Origin: an uncultured Gammaproteobacteria bacterium | GTDB lineage: Bacteria; Pseudomonadota; Gammaproteobacteria; SG8-11 | Length of the DNA: 64,000 bases | Assembly (NCBI GenBank): GCA_964532385.1 | Contig: CAZHHW010000001.1 | Span: 27,268-91,267 of the forward strand | Direction: 5' to 3' | In this document: one piece after another, positions 18,827 through 28,468 of the stretch | How positions within the stretch are numbered: the first letter of the stretch is position 1 | Layout of the letters: every line of letters starts with the position of its first letter | Notes under the pieces: generated by a model | Databases searched by the model: none | Seen by the model: only the letters and a program-made list of their open reading frames with translations | What the model was told of the DNA's origin: nothing | Position numbers and translations under genes: made by a program

Positions 18827-19474
18827 ATGCCGGATAAGCGCCGCACCTCGGGCTCGCACAGCGACGAACGGAATTTTTTCCGCATCGACGATGAAGTGTA
18901 TCTGGAGTTCCGGGTATTGACTGAAGTGCCGCGCGATAAAAGCAAAATGCCCGCATCGCGCAAGGATGCGCGCACTCAGGATGTCCTATCCGACCTGACC
19001 GCGGTGAATGCGCAAATCCATCCCCTGATTGAAAGCATCCGACAGACCAGCCCGGCGGTCGCGCGTTGTCTTGAAGCCATCAATAAAAAGGTGGATGTGC
19101 TGGCGAAGGCCGTGTCGAAAAGCGGCGAACCGTTCAAAGCGGTCAAGCCGAATAAAAAAGTCAACCTCAGCGCCGGCGGCGTGTCGTTTAACGTCGGCAC
19201 CGAATTGCTCGCGGGTACGCCGGTGGAAGTGCGTCTGGCGGTGATTTCATCGAATCTGATCGTGACCGCTTACGGCGAAGTCACGCACTGCGAGCGTGAA
19301 GGACGCGACGCCGAGCAACCGTTTCGAGTCGGCATTAAATTTCCCTCGCTGACGGTCACCGAGCGGCAAGCCTTGTTTGCCCATGTGCTGGGCCGTCACA
19401 CCGAAAAGCTGCGCGGCGCCAATCGCAGCAGCGAAGAAAATGCCGCCGGCACAAATCCGGCGCCGAAAAAATAG
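18827..19474 (+). CDS. PilZ-domain c-di-GMP-binding protein
   Basis: N-terminal 'RNFFRID' is RxxxR-like, and 'NLSAGGVSF' is the D/NxSxxG motif. Confidence 0.6.
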   Translation: MPDKRRTSGSHSDERNFFRIDDEVYLEFRVLTEVPRDKSKMPASRKDARTQDVLSDLTAVNAQIHPLIESIRQTSPAVARCLEAINKKVDVLAKAVSKSGEPFKAVKPNKKVNLSAGGVSFNVGTELLAGTPVEVRLAVISSNLIVTAYGEVTHCEREGRDAEQPFRVGIKFPSLTVTERQALFAHVLGRHTEKLRGANRSSEENAAGTNPAPKK

Positions 19475-19521
19475 CTGCGGAACGGCCACGCTGCGCTTCG
19501 CGCCCTCGTGCAAATCAGCAA

Positions 19522-20913
19522 CTAAACGATGTATCGATCCCAGCCCGCGTAGGTATCCTTGACCGGCCCGCGCGGAATCGCCAGCGCAATCAAGGCCAGC
19601 CCGCATATCACGCTGTTCCAGACCGCCGGCGGTGCCGTGATGCCGTCGAGCAGCCAAGGCGCGGCGGTGAGCCAGGCACCGAACAGAATGTTGATAAAGC
19701 GCACGCTGCGCGCGACTTCCGCCCACGCCATAATGGAAAATGTCACGACCAGGGAGCCGACAAGATGATCGCTGTTCGCCATGGCGCCGCCGCTGTCGAA
19801 GGCGAGGCGTGTAAACATCAGCCAGATTCCAAGGGCGGTGCTCAGTATCAAGGTGATGGGAAAGGTCGCTCCACGCACGCCTTCCGGTATATTGCCGGCG
19901 GGCTCGGAAGCATCGGCGCGGCCGCCTTCCATCGCATCGCCCATCCAGAAAGTGCGCCAGAAAGGTTTATGTTTCTTGTATGCATCGACCAGAAATTGCC
20001 CGCTGGCGACGACTTCATCAAGCGAGTAGGGCACCATCAATGCCATCGCCAGCGCGGCGATCAGGCACAGCGTGCACCAGGTGCCGATCAAGATCGGCTG
20101 AATGATGATGAAGAATATGCTCACGCCGCCCAACGGCACGATCAATATGCCAAGACCCAGCACCATCCACGGCATGGTACGCCAGCGGTTCTTGCCGCCC
20201 ATTAAAGTCATCAGCACCTCGAGCATGTAGGCGACGGCGCCAAGACCGGCATCGGCGACCGGCCAGGCACGGGAGATATCCGAAGTGATGATGGTCATGG
20301 TGCCGTCACCGAAGAAGGGATCCCACGCACGATCCAGATGCCCGAGCTGGTAAGCGGCCATATAGCTTGCGATGAAAAATCCGATTAATCCCAACACGGC
20401 GATTGGCAGGCGTTGCGGCCAGCTTGCCGGCGAATAATTCCAGCCCGGTGGGATGTCCGGCCCGCCCATCATGCCGGCCACACTCATGCCCGGCATGGGC
20501 GGAATCAGCAGCGCTAAAGCGATCACCAGCGAACCGATCAGTGTGGAGTTGATGTAGGCCTGCGGCAGCGGTGTCCAGAACACCAGGGGTGCGAATAACA
20601 GCCACACCCCCACCGTGGCATTAGCCCATTGCGCCCACGGGAAACGGCGTGCCGGTGAAGCCGAAAGCGTGCTGAAAATCACCACCAGTATGCCGCTGAG
20701 CATGTCGCTCCACAGCATCGCGCGATTGCGCATTTCTATCGAAGGCAGGTCGCGCTCGCCCATTACGCGCAGCACATTGGCATCGGGAATCAATTCGTGC
20801 ATGTAGCCCAATACCCAGGGGCTTGCCAGCAGCCAGCTTCCTAATATCCAGTTCGCATAATGCGGCCAGCGTATTTTGCGATGCTGTTGTACCAGCCAGC
20901 CGTGCTCATTCAT
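19522..20913 (-). CDS. Polytopic membrane protein with SPW-repeat-like segments and a VKOR-like CxxC core
   Basis: 'SPWVLGY' and 'AAPWLLDG' are SPW-like. 'CTLC' lies within a TM helix. Confidence 0.4.
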   Translation of the reverse strand: MNEHGWLVQQHRKIRWPHYANWILGSWLLASPWVLGYMHELIPDANVLRVMGERDLPSIEMRNRAMLWSDMLSGILVVIFSTLSASPARRFPWAQWANATVGVWLLFAPLVFWTPLPQAYINSTLIGSLVIALALLIPPMPGMSVAGMMGGPDIPPGWNYSPASWPQRLPIAVLGLIGFFIASYMAAYQLGHLDRAWDPFFGDGTMTIITSDISRAWPVADAGLGAVAYMLEVLMTLMGGKNRWRTMPWMVLGLGILIVPLGGVSIFFIIIQPILIGTWCTLCLIAALAMALMVPYSLDEVVASGQFLVDAYKKHKPFWRTFWMGDAMEGGRADASEPAGNIPEGVRGATFPITLILSTALGIWLMFTRLAFDSGGAMANSDHLVGSLVVTFSIMAWAEVARSVRFINILFGAWLTAAPWLLDGITAPPAVWNSVICGLALIALAIPRGPVKDTYAGWDRYIV

Positions 20914-22031
20914 CGCGAGAAACGGTTTTCCCGCCTTGTATCATGTCTTGACATGTGCAGAGGTGCCGGTAAGTCGGCAGGCGGGTCCAGGTTATTGGTT
21001 TCATACCAGCCGTGCGGATCTTCTTTAAGGGCGTCAATCATGGCGGGAAGCGCCGCCAGCAAGCGATGTTGGGGTTGCCAGTTCAAGTCAAAGCGCGCGC
21101 GGCGGATATTGAGCGCGTAATGATCGTCGGCCAGATCGATCATCCAGGGTTTGATGAAGGGCTCTTCCTCTTTGGGCAAGGCCACCTGTTCCAGCCACGC
21201 GCCCGTCTTGGCGATGACTTTAGGAATCTCGCGCGTCTCCCATTCCTCGCCGTGGATCAAACGCGCTATTTCATGCTGCAAGTCCGCATAACTGGGGATA
21301 TCGGTTTCACCCAGCAGCAGGGTATGACGCGAGGGTAATTCATGCCGCTTGGCGATGAGTGTGGTCATGGCCTCGACCAAATCGTCCATATGGATCGCTG
21401 CCTGACCATGGCGGCTATCGCCCGGAAACACGTGGCTGATCAAGCGGCGCTCGTAAATGCGGGCAATCTGCTGAGCAAGTGCCGGGAGATGACATAAGTC
21501 ATCGTAAACGCCTGCGATTCGCAAAATAGTGAATGGAATGTGCCCGTGTTCGCGCCGAATGATTTTTTCGGCAGCCAGTTTCGATTGTGGATAATCCCAT
21601 TTGGGTTGCAGCGGCGAGTCTTCGTTGATCAGCTTGCCGGGAAGTTGCGGCGCATGCACCAGCATCGAACTGGAATAAATAAACCGCTCCACCTGGAACG
21701 ATTGCAAGCCCCGCAGCAGCCGCTGCGTGCCCAGCACATTGACCGTTTGATATTTAGGACTGGGTTCGCCGTCGAAACTGTAATACGCCGCCAGATGCAA
21801 GAATGCGGCAATGCGTTCGCCATGATCGGCGCGCACCTGAGCGAGCGCCTGTTGAACGCTGGTTTCGGATTCAAGATCAAGCTGGACAGAATGCACAGAC
21901 GACCGGAAATGCGGCGCCTTCCCAGCGTCTAAACCGACGATTGTATAATGCGGCGCCAACCGCTGAATCAAGGCACTCCCGATATGGCCGCTGCTGCCGC
22001 TGATGACAATGAGTTCTTGGCTGGCCGTCAT
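20910..22031 (-). CDS. NAD-dependent epimerase/dehydratase (SDR) family protein
   Basis: N-terminal Rossmann motif 'ISGSSGHIGSAL'. The gene overlaps its downstream neighbour by 4 nt. Confidence 0.7.
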   Translation of the reverse strand: MTASQELIVISGSSGHIGSALIQRLAPHYTIVGLDAGKAPHFRSSVHSVQLDLESETSVQQALAQVRADHGERIAAFLHLAAYYSFDGEPSPKYQTVNVLGTQRLLRGLQSFQVERFIYSSSMLVHAPQLPGKLINEDSPLQPKWDYPQSKLAAEKIIRREHGHIPFTILRIAGVYDDLCHLPALAQQIARIYERRLISHVFPGDSRHGQAAIHMDDLVEAMTTLIAKRHELPSRHTLLLGETDIPSYADLQHEIARLIHGEEWETREIPKVIAKTGAWLEQVALPKEEEPFIKPWMIDLADDHYALNIRRARFDLNWQPQHRLLAALPAMIDALKEDPHGWYETNNLDPPADLPAPLHMSRHDTRRENRFSR

Positions 22032-22228
22032 TGCGCTTCTCCAAAACGTGGTGAAGACTCTGGTCCATCATGCATGGATGCAAATCAGAAAATCTGGATA
22101 AGACAGCGGATGAATATTTAAAATTCCGATGAATAAAAATTACGCGCCCTGCAAAATCGTTTCTGGGCGGTATCGTACGCAAAGCAGGAGTAAAACAATC
22201 GCGTGCCGACTACGGCGGGAAATGAAGG

Positions 22229-22615
22229 TTAAATCAGCGCGGCCAGCGCGGCGATGACTGCCACAATAACAGCACCCGCCAGCCATAAAATTTTTGTGCG
22301 GTTCGCCTCGACATGCTTGATCAGTTGCGCGTTCTGATCCGCCAGTGCCTTAATCAATTCAGTGGAAGCGAGCATCTGCTCGTGCAAGTCCGCTACTTGG
22401 GCTTCAATCTGCGCGAGCTGCGCCTGGAGGGTCGCGATGGTGAGCGCTTCGGCCGAGAGTTCGGTCGGTGTGTTTTCATCCGGCAGGTTCGATGCCGGAG
22501 TTTTTTTTCCGACCGCATTCCACAACTTCTTCGCGCCATCGGCGACCTGCGGAGCATTACGTATGATCTCCGTCCAGGGAAGCAACCGCAGTACAGCGAG
22601 CCAGCCGATAGCCAT
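22229..22615 (-). CDS. Hypothetical coiled-coil protein with C-terminal TM anchor
   Basis: Judged from composition only. Confidence 0.35.
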   Translation of the reverse strand: MAIGWLAVLRLLPWTEIIRNAPQVADGAKKLWNAVGKKTPASNLPDENTPTELSAEALTIATLQAQLAQIEAQVADLHEQMLASTELIKALADQNAQLIKHVEANRTKILWLAGAVIVAVIAALAALI

Positions 22616-22911
22616 GCAATAAGCCTTGTGCGAAATGTGGAGTCGTGTAAAAAATCTCTGCTGAATTGTAGGCGCCGTCCTTCCTATGCAGACGGGAATC
22701 CAGTAGCGGATTTTTACAACGGTAATCTTAATCTACAACGACCGCGGGCTGATTGTCTGTTTGGCAAGTCCCGCTGCTGATGAATGCTAAAGAACCACCG
22801 ATTTATTCATTTTCCTGGGAGCGCGAGCGTCCCGCTCGCTATTTTGCGGGCAAGATGCCCACGCTCCACAACCGAGCTTCGGCCTGAACGGATTAATCTA
22901 ATCGGCGTTTC

Positions 22912-23346
22912 CTAGGGCAGTTTCGTTCCGTCGAGCTGTAGCGCAGCCAGGTCAAACGTATATGTCGCTTCGTAGGTTTCATTCTTGTCGCGTGCGATCA
23001 TCTTTGCTTTGTTAACGATCAGCGCATCGGCAAGGTCTGCCGTCTTGACACCATTTCCCGTCTTAATGTCCTTCGCCCCAACAAAATCATTCAGGGCGGA
23101 CCAAATGGCTTGTTGATTTTCAAATACAATATGGCTCTCTTCTAAAAGGCTCATTACCAAAGCTTGGATATCCTGCTTCGTTGCGCCGTAGCGCTTCCCT
23201 TTTAGGGTCCATATTGTTTCTGTTAAAACGACGTCGGTGATCAGAACATGACTTCCGCTTTCAAACACCTTTTTGGCTTTCGCTGTTTGCTGTTCATCAT
23301 CGTTAAGAACCCGTCGCAGCAAGACATTCGTGTCAACAGCAATCAC
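22912..23346 (-). CDS. vapC: PIN-domain toxin VapC
   Basis: 'IAVDTNVLLR' is the PIN N-terminus with an acidic Asp. The locally lower GC content and the 4-nt overlap with the upstream antitoxin gene support the call. Confidence 0.75.
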   Translation of the reverse strand: MIAVDTNVLLRRVLNDDEQQTAKAKKVFESGSHVLITDVVLTETIWTLKGKRYGATKQDIQALVMSLLEESHIVFENQQAIWSALNDFVGAKDIKTGNGVKTADLADALIVNKAKMIARDKNETYEATYTFDLAALQLDGTKLP

Positions 23347-23597
23347 GCGGCGCGCCTCTTGTTCTTTGTCGACGGCCGCCGCGTTGCAATGGTATCGAGC
23401 AAGGATTCCTCGTCGCTATAGCGACGATCGGCTTTCAGATGTTTTAGCACTCCAGCGCTCGCACCTTTGCGCTTTTTAAGCAGAGTGACCCGGCCTTCGT
23501 GCTCGACAAAATCAATCTCGTCACCGGGCTGGACATCAAGCCGGTCACACAATTCTTTTGGTATCGTAATTTGCCGCTTCGGGCTCAGCAGGGGCAT
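23343..23597 (-). CDS. vapB: AbrB/MazE/SpoVT-type antitoxin VapB
   Basis: The N-terminal swapped-hairpin region 'ITIPKELCDRLDVQPGDEIDF' is characteristic. Confidence 0.7.
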   Translation of the reverse strand: MPLLSPKRQITIPKELCDRLDVQPGDEIDFVEHEGRVTLLKKRKGASAGVLKHLKADRRYSDEESLLDTIATRRPSTKNKRRAA

Positions 23598-23641
23598 GAC
23601 TTTTCCTTTTTACATTGTAGATTTGGTAAGAATAAAACAAT

Positions 23642-23666
23642 CTTTACCATTTCGTAAATGGTAAAG
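23642..23666. promoter_or_regulatory. Perfect 11-bp inverted repeat CTTTACCATTT-cgt-AAATGGTAAAG upstream of vapB (candidate autoregulatory operator)
   Basis: Read directly. It lies 45-70 nt upstream of the vapB start. Confidence 0.4.
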
Positions 23667-23678
23667 ACGTCGTTGCAG

Positions 23679-24029
23679 TTACAGCAATTCAATGCCGAAG
23701 CGGCGCACGACAAGGGCGAACAGGCCGAAACAAACGGCAGTGATGAGGATGCATGCCAGCAGGGTCGGCCAGAAACCGAGGCGCGGAAGCAGCGCAGGGA
23801 AGATCAGAAACATCGGCAGAGTGGGCACGACATACCAGAACGTATACCAGGCATGGTTCGCGATTTTTTCTTGCGGCTGGTTTTCGAGCTGGAGCCAGAT
23901 CAGCGCCAGCAACGTCACCAGCGGCAGCGCGGCAACCAAACCACCGAGTTTGTCGCTGCGTTTCGCCAGCTCCGACACCAGCACCACCACGGCGGCAGTC
24001 AGAATATATTTCGTTACGATCCAGGTCAT
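23679..24029 (-). CDS. DUF3147-like small membrane protein
   Basis: Three to four TM helices with a characteristic composition. Confidence 0.45.
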   Translation of the reverse strand: MTWIVTKYILTAAVVVLVSELAKRSDKLGGLVAALPLVTLLALIWLQLENQPQEKIANHAWYTFWYVVPTLPMFLIFPALLPRLGFWPTLLACILITAVCFGLFALVVRRFGIELL

Positions 24030-24091
24030 GAGCGCTTTCGATTACCCGGTTAGCGTGCGCGGTTATTTTTTGTCGAGTTATATGCGTAGCT

Positions 24092-25180
24092 TTATGCGCC
24101 GGCCGTCGCGGCACCTGTGCCGCAGCTCGGACAGTAATGAAAAAAAGCATTTTTGCGCGTCGTGCAGTGGCGGCATTGGTCGAACAGTTTCATGCCGCAA
24201 TGCACGCAGAAGTTGCTCGCGGTGTCGGTGTTGACTGATGGGGCGGCCGGGGTCCCGGAAGCGGCCGCCATGGAGACGATGGCGCGTTCGCAGCCGGGGC
24301 AAATATTGGCGGCCATTTTTTTCAGCGCATCTTCGTAGCCCAGCGCCTGGCGGCGTTGCGTCTCGGTTTGGGCTTCGGCTTCCTGACGTTTGGCCAGGTA
24401 AAGGCGCATCGCCTTGATGACGTAGTGGCCGGCGATGGCGGTCAGTACGATACCGGCCGCATAGCGCACGTAACCGCCGTAGCTGGGCAGGTAGGGCACC
24501 AGCTCAAAGAAGAAGGTGAACAGCGCAAACAGCACGAAGCCGCGCATCAGCGGCCAGTAGTCGCTCTTGCGCTTGCGCGCGATCAGCCAGCCCGCAATCG
24601 CCAGCAACGGCAAAGTGATCGCGAGCCGCAAGCCGAACACGCGCATTTCCTGTTTGAACAGCGCGTTGTGATAGGCGCCTTCGGCGGCACTGGTAATTTC
24701 AATTTCGGCGCGGCGTTGCTGATTCAGCGCCTGCGACGTGTTCAGTTCCTCCTGATCGATTTGTTCGACTGCGATCTGCGCCTTGCGCTCGGCGTCCTTT
24801 AAATTGTCAAGATCATGTGTGCGTTTGACGACTTCGGGATCCTGGGCCGGATCGGTGGTGGCGGTGCGGGTGCGAATCCAGTTGTTGTAGGCTTCGCGCG
24901 CCGATGCGTAGGCATGCCCCGCGGATGTTTGTGCCTGTTGAGCTTGCGCGTGTCGATCCGCAAGTTCTTGTTGGGTACGATTGAGTTTGCGAATTTCCGC
25001 TCGGGCGGAGCTCAGCGCATTGGCATCGGCGAACTGCTCGATGCCGAGACTGTGTTCCAGACGCGGCAGGTCGGCCACTACTTTGCCGCCCAGACCGATC
25101 AGAAAACCGGCGAAGATGAACGACACCAGCCACATCACAAAAACGAACAGTTTTTCCGGAACACGCAGGCTTTTGAACAT
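24092..25180 (-). CDS. Membrane protein with coiled-coil and C-terminal double zinc-ribbon
   Basis: Four C-terminal Cys pairs: 'CPGC...CVHCG...CRHC...CPSCG'. Confidence 0.45.
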   Translation of the reverse strand: MFKSLRVPEKLFVFVMWLVSFIFAGFLIGLGGKVVADLPRLEHSLGIEQFADANALSSARAEIRKLNRTQQELADRHAQAQQAQTSAGHAYASAREAYNNWIRTRTATTDPAQDPEVVKRTHDLDNLKDAERKAQIAVEQIDQEELNTSQALNQQRRAEIEITSAAEGAYHNALFKQEMRVFGLRLAITLPLLAIAGWLIARKRKSDYWPLMRGFVLFALFTFFFELVPYLPSYGGYVRYAAGIVLTAIAGHYVIKAMRLYLAKRQEAEAQTETQRRQALGYEDALKKMAANICPGCERAIVSMAAASGTPAAPSVNTDTASNFCVHCGMKLFDQCRHCTTRKNAFFHYCPSCGTGAATAGA

Positions 25181-25272
25181 GCGGGAGGGGCTCCAAAGGA
25201 GTGGGTCAAGACTTCTGCTTGAGTGCGGCTGACGGCAAAGTATAGGACAAAGCCATGCGCGGCGTGCGTAGC

Positions 25273-25944
25273 TTACCCGGGTTGAAATCTACCGCTGATT
25301 AATACATGCCGGTCCGAGATCGCGCGCAGCGCCAGATTTTGCAGGCCGGCGTGTTGCAGTTGCGCGTGGATTTCGCCGGTGTCGAAAGCGGCCAGCAGCG
25401 AGTTGAAAAAGTCACGCTTAAGAATATCGGGTTCGGCGCCCGCGTATTGCGCGACTAACGCGTGGGCCGCCGTGACGCTTGCCGGGCGTAATAAATCCAA
25501 AATAAAAATCGCACAGCCCGCCCGTGCGTGGTCTTTGATCGCATTCCACAACACGCTCGGCTCATGCAGATGATGCAGCAGACTGTTGCTGATGATGGCA
25601 TCGTAGCTGCGTCGCGGCAGTTGCGTTGCGGGCAGGCATTGGTGCAGCAGGCGGATGCGTTCTTGCATGCCCGCCGCCGCAATTCTTTGCTGCGCGTGCG
25701 TGAGCATCGCTGCCGCGCCATCGACCGCATCGATTGCGCAATGCGGGAAAGCGCGCGCGAATCGCAGCGTTACATCGGCGGCGCCGCAGCCCAAATCCAG
25801 CACGCGGCCGCGTAAATCCAGACTGGGAAATTCTTCCGCAAACAAGCTGACGAAACGCTGGTGCGGCTCGGAAAAATCCGCGTGCGCGTAGGCGTGCGCC
25901 TGCGCGGGATCGTCCATCAATTCAGGTTCAGGGAGGCGGTTCAT
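25273..25944 (-). CDS. Class I SAM-dependent methyltransferase
   Basis: '[11 protein letters not shown]' is motif I. The start is set at the internal Met '[11 protein letters not shown]'. Confidence 0.7.
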   Translation of the reverse strand: MNRLPEPELMDDPAQAHAYAHADFSEPHQRFVSLFAEEFPSLDLRGRVLDLGCGAADVTLRFARAFPHCAIDAVDGAAAMLTHAQQRIAAAGMQERIRLLHQCLPATQLPRRSYDAIISNSLLHHLHEPSVLWNAIKDHARAGCAIFILDLLRPASVTAAHALVAQYAGAEPDILKRDFFNSLLAAFDTGEIHAQLQHAGLQNLALRAISDRHVLISGRFQPG

Positions 25945-26000
25945 GACTTTTATCCGGGCGTGCCAAATGACTTGATTCAAATACCGGTAAGTGGAGTGCC

Positions 26001-26023
26001 CCTTCCCCCTGTAAGGGGGAAGG
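26001..26023. repeat. REP-like GC hairpin CCTTCCCCC-tgtaa-GGGGGAAGG
   Basis: Read directly. It lies in an intergenic region. Confidence 0.6.
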
Positions 26024-26092
26024 CTGGGGATGGGGGTGAGTGAACTATGCTGCAGGACGCCCACATCTACAACTGCTCTTGCGAAACACTCC

Positions 26093-26113
26093 CTCTCCCT
26101 TGCAAGGGAAGGG
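26093..26113. repeat. REP-like hairpin, second copy (CTCCCTTGCAAGGGAAG core)
   Basis: Read directly. Confidence 0.5.
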
Positions 26114-26178
26114 GATATTTTGCAGGCAGGGTTCTAGTCTTTACAATTCTTGAATCCTGCTGATTACAGCACGGCACA

Positions 26179-27429
26179 TTATATCGGCAGCACGCTTTCG
26201 CCGGTCATCAATTCCGCCACGGTTTCGCGGCGGCGGACGACATGCACGCGCCCGCCGTCGACCAGCAACTCGGCGGCGCGCGGGCGCGAGTTGTAGTTGG
26301 AGCTCATCGCAAAACCATAGGCGCCCGCGGAGCACACGGCGAGAACGTCACCGGGCGCGAGATTCAATTCGCGTTGCTTGCCCAGGAAATCGCCGGTTTC
26401 GCACACCGGGCCGACAATGTCGTAGGTCTGCGTGCCGCCCAGGGCGCGTGGGACCAGCGGTACGATGTTCTGCCAGGCGCCATACAGCGCGGGGCGGATG
26501 AGGTCGTTCATCGCGGCGTCGACGATGGCGAAATTTTTGTGCGCGGTGTGTTTGAGGTAGGTGACCTGGGTCAGCAATACACCTGCGTTGCCGACGATGG
26601 CGCGCCCGGGCTCGACAATTAGTTTGTAGTTGCGGCCGCGTAATTGCGCCAGCACGGCTTGCGCGTAATCGGCTGGGGCGGGAGCGATTTCGTTTTGATA
26701 TTGAATGCCCAGGCCGCCGCCCAGGTCGAGGTGTTGCAGATGAATGCCCTCGGCTTCGAGTTGTTGCACCAGCGTCAACACGCGGCTCAACGCGTCGCGA
26801 AACGGCGTGAGTTCGGTGAGCTGCGAACCGATGTGGCAATCCACACCGATCACCTGCAGGTAGGGCAGGCGCGCCGCCTGCGCATAAATGCGTGGAGCAT
26901 CCTGGATGTCGATGCCGAATTTGTTTTCTTTGAGCCCGGTCGAAATGTACGGATGGGTACCGGCGTCGACATCCGGATTGATGCGCAGCGACACCGGTGC
27001 CGGGATGCGCAGCTCGGTCGCGAGGCGGCTGATCTCGTGTAATTCGGCTTCGGACTCGACATTAAAGCAGTGGATACCGGTGTGCAGCGCGACGACGATT
27101 TCCGCAGCGCTCTTGCCCACGCCGGAGAACACCACCTTGCGCGGATCGCCGCCGGCCTTGAGCACGCGCTCCAGTTCGCCGCGCGATACAATGTCAAAAC
27201 CTGAGCCCAGGCGCGCGAGGAGGTTCAATAGGCCGATGTTGGAGTTGGCCTTGACCGCGTAGCACACCAGGTGATCGTGCCCGGCGAAGGCGTCGTCGAA
27301 CGCGCGCCAGCGGCTTTCAAGCGCGGCGCGCGAATAAACGTAACAGGGCGTGCCAAACTGGGAGGCGATCTGGGTGAGATCGACATCTTCGGCGTGCAGG
27401 CTGCCGTTGCGGTAGTCAAAAAAATTCAT
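26179..27429 (-). CDS. lysA: Diaminopimelate decarboxylase
   Basis: The N-terminal region shows the PLP-dependent 'AVKAN' Lys motif and a LysA-like overall sequence. The internal Met 'MNFFDYRNG' is taken as the start. Confidence 0.9.
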   Translation of the reverse strand: MNFFDYRNGSLHAEDVDLTQIASQFGTPCYVYSRAALESRWRAFDDAFAGHDHLVCYAVKANSNIGLLNLLARLGSGFDIVSRGELERVLKAGGDPRKVVFSGVGKSAAEIVVALHTGIHCFNVESEAELHEISRLATELRIPAPVSLRINPDVDAGTHPYISTGLKENKFGIDIQDAPRIYAQAARLPYLQVIGVDCHIGSQLTELTPFRDALSRVLTLVQQLEAEGIHLQHLDLGGGLGIQYQNEIAPAPADYAQAVLAQLRGRNYKLIVEPGRAIVGNAGVLLTQVTYLKHTAHKNFAIVDAAMNDLIRPALYGAWQNIVPLVPRALGGTQTYDIVGPVCETGDFLGKQRELNLAPGDVLAVCSAGAYGFAMSSNYNSRPRAAELLVDGGRVHVVRRRETVAELMTGESVLPI

Positions 27430-27560
27430 GGGGCGTGACTCGATGTGGCGGCGGGTGCCGGAGGGGGCGGCGGCAATATCAAATCGCCTTTTTTGCCGCA
27501 GGCGCCCAGCGCAAACAATCCGGCCGCAAGCCATAAAGCGAGATAGAATTTATTGAACAT
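27426..27560 (-). CDS. Small lipoprotein (44 aa) upstream of lysA. Resembles LppL/LptM (YifL).
   Basis: Translated by hand as MFNKFYLALWLAAGLFALGACGKKGDLILPPPPPAPAATSSHAP. Lipobox LGAC. Its TGA overlaps the lysA ATG (ATGA). The ORF is not in the supplied track because it is shorter than 60 aa. Confidence 0.55.
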   Translation of the reverse strand: MFNKFYLALWLAAGLFALGACGKKGDLILPPPPPAPAATSSHAP

Positions 27561-27672
27561 AGCCGACCCGTGGAAAAGCGTGAGCCGCGAATTATAACGA
27601 CCTTCCCGGGTTTACCGAACTGATTTTCGATACAGCGATGCGTTAAGGTAGGCAGCCAATCAGCCTCAAGGC

Positions 27673-27726
27673 GTAGGGGCTCGATTTATCGAGCCCGAGC
27701 GCGGGCGTAATAAATTGCGCCCCTAC
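27673..27726. repeat. Nested palindrome GTAGGGGC...GGCTCGATTTATCGAGCC...GCCCCTAC
   Basis: Read directly. It is intergenic between lppL-like and the esterase gene. Confidence 0.5.
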
Positions 27727-27761
27727 AAAACACGGCGTAACCATCAAGGAGATCCATACGC

Positions 27762-28448
27762 ATGACCCCGCCGCTCGAAACCATCGTGGTCGAACCCGCC
27801 GCACCGGCCAATGCTGCCGTGATCTGGATGCATGGTCTGGGCGCGGACGGCCATGATTTTGAACCCGTGGTGCCGGAATTTGACTTTCCACCGCCGCTGC
27901 GCGTGCGGTTTATTTTTCCGCATGCGCCCTACCGGCCGATCACCATCAATGCGGGCCAGGTGATGCGCGGCTGGTACGACATCATCGAATTGGGCTCGCT
28001 GCGACAAGAAGATGCGCCGGGTATCAACGCCTCCGCGCAGGCGATCGAAGCCTTGATTGCCCGGCAGGCAGGCTTAGGTATTCCCGCGCAGCGTATCGTG
28101 CTGGCCGGATTTTCCCAGGGCGCGGCCCTCGCGCTGCACACGGGGTTGCGCCATGCGCAACCGCTCGCGGGCATCGTGGCGCTGTCGGGTTATCTGCCGC
28201 TGGCGGCGTCCCTGGCCGCCGAGGCGCATGCGGCCAATGCGTTCACGCCGGTGTTTCTGGCGCACGGCACCATGGACAATGTCGTGCCGCTGCGGCTGGG
28301 TGAAATCACACGGGCGTTGTTGGAAAAAAATAATTATGCCGTGACCTGGCACACTTACCCCATGCCGCATAGCGTGTGCGCACAGGAAATCGCGGACATC
28401 GCCGGGTTCCTGCGCGCCCAGTTGCGCGCGCAAGAAGTGGATAAATAA
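27762..28448 (+). CDS. Carboxylesterase/phospholipase family alpha/beta hydrolase
   Basis: 'GFSQGAA' nucleophile elbow. 'IWMHGLGADG'. Confidence 0.7.
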   Translation: MTPPLETIVVEPAAPANAAVIWMHGLGADGHDFEPVVPEFDFPPPLRVRFIFPHAPYRPITINAGQVMRGWYDIIELGSLRQEDAPGINASAQAIEALIARQAGLGIPAQRIVLAGFSQGAALALHTGLRHAQPLAGIVALSGYLPLAASLAAEAHAANAFTPVFLAHGTMDNVVPLRLGEITRALLEKNNYAVTWHTYPMPHSVCAQEIADIAGFLRAQLRAQEVDK

Positions 28449-28468
28449 GCCGCGTAAAGCTACGACCG

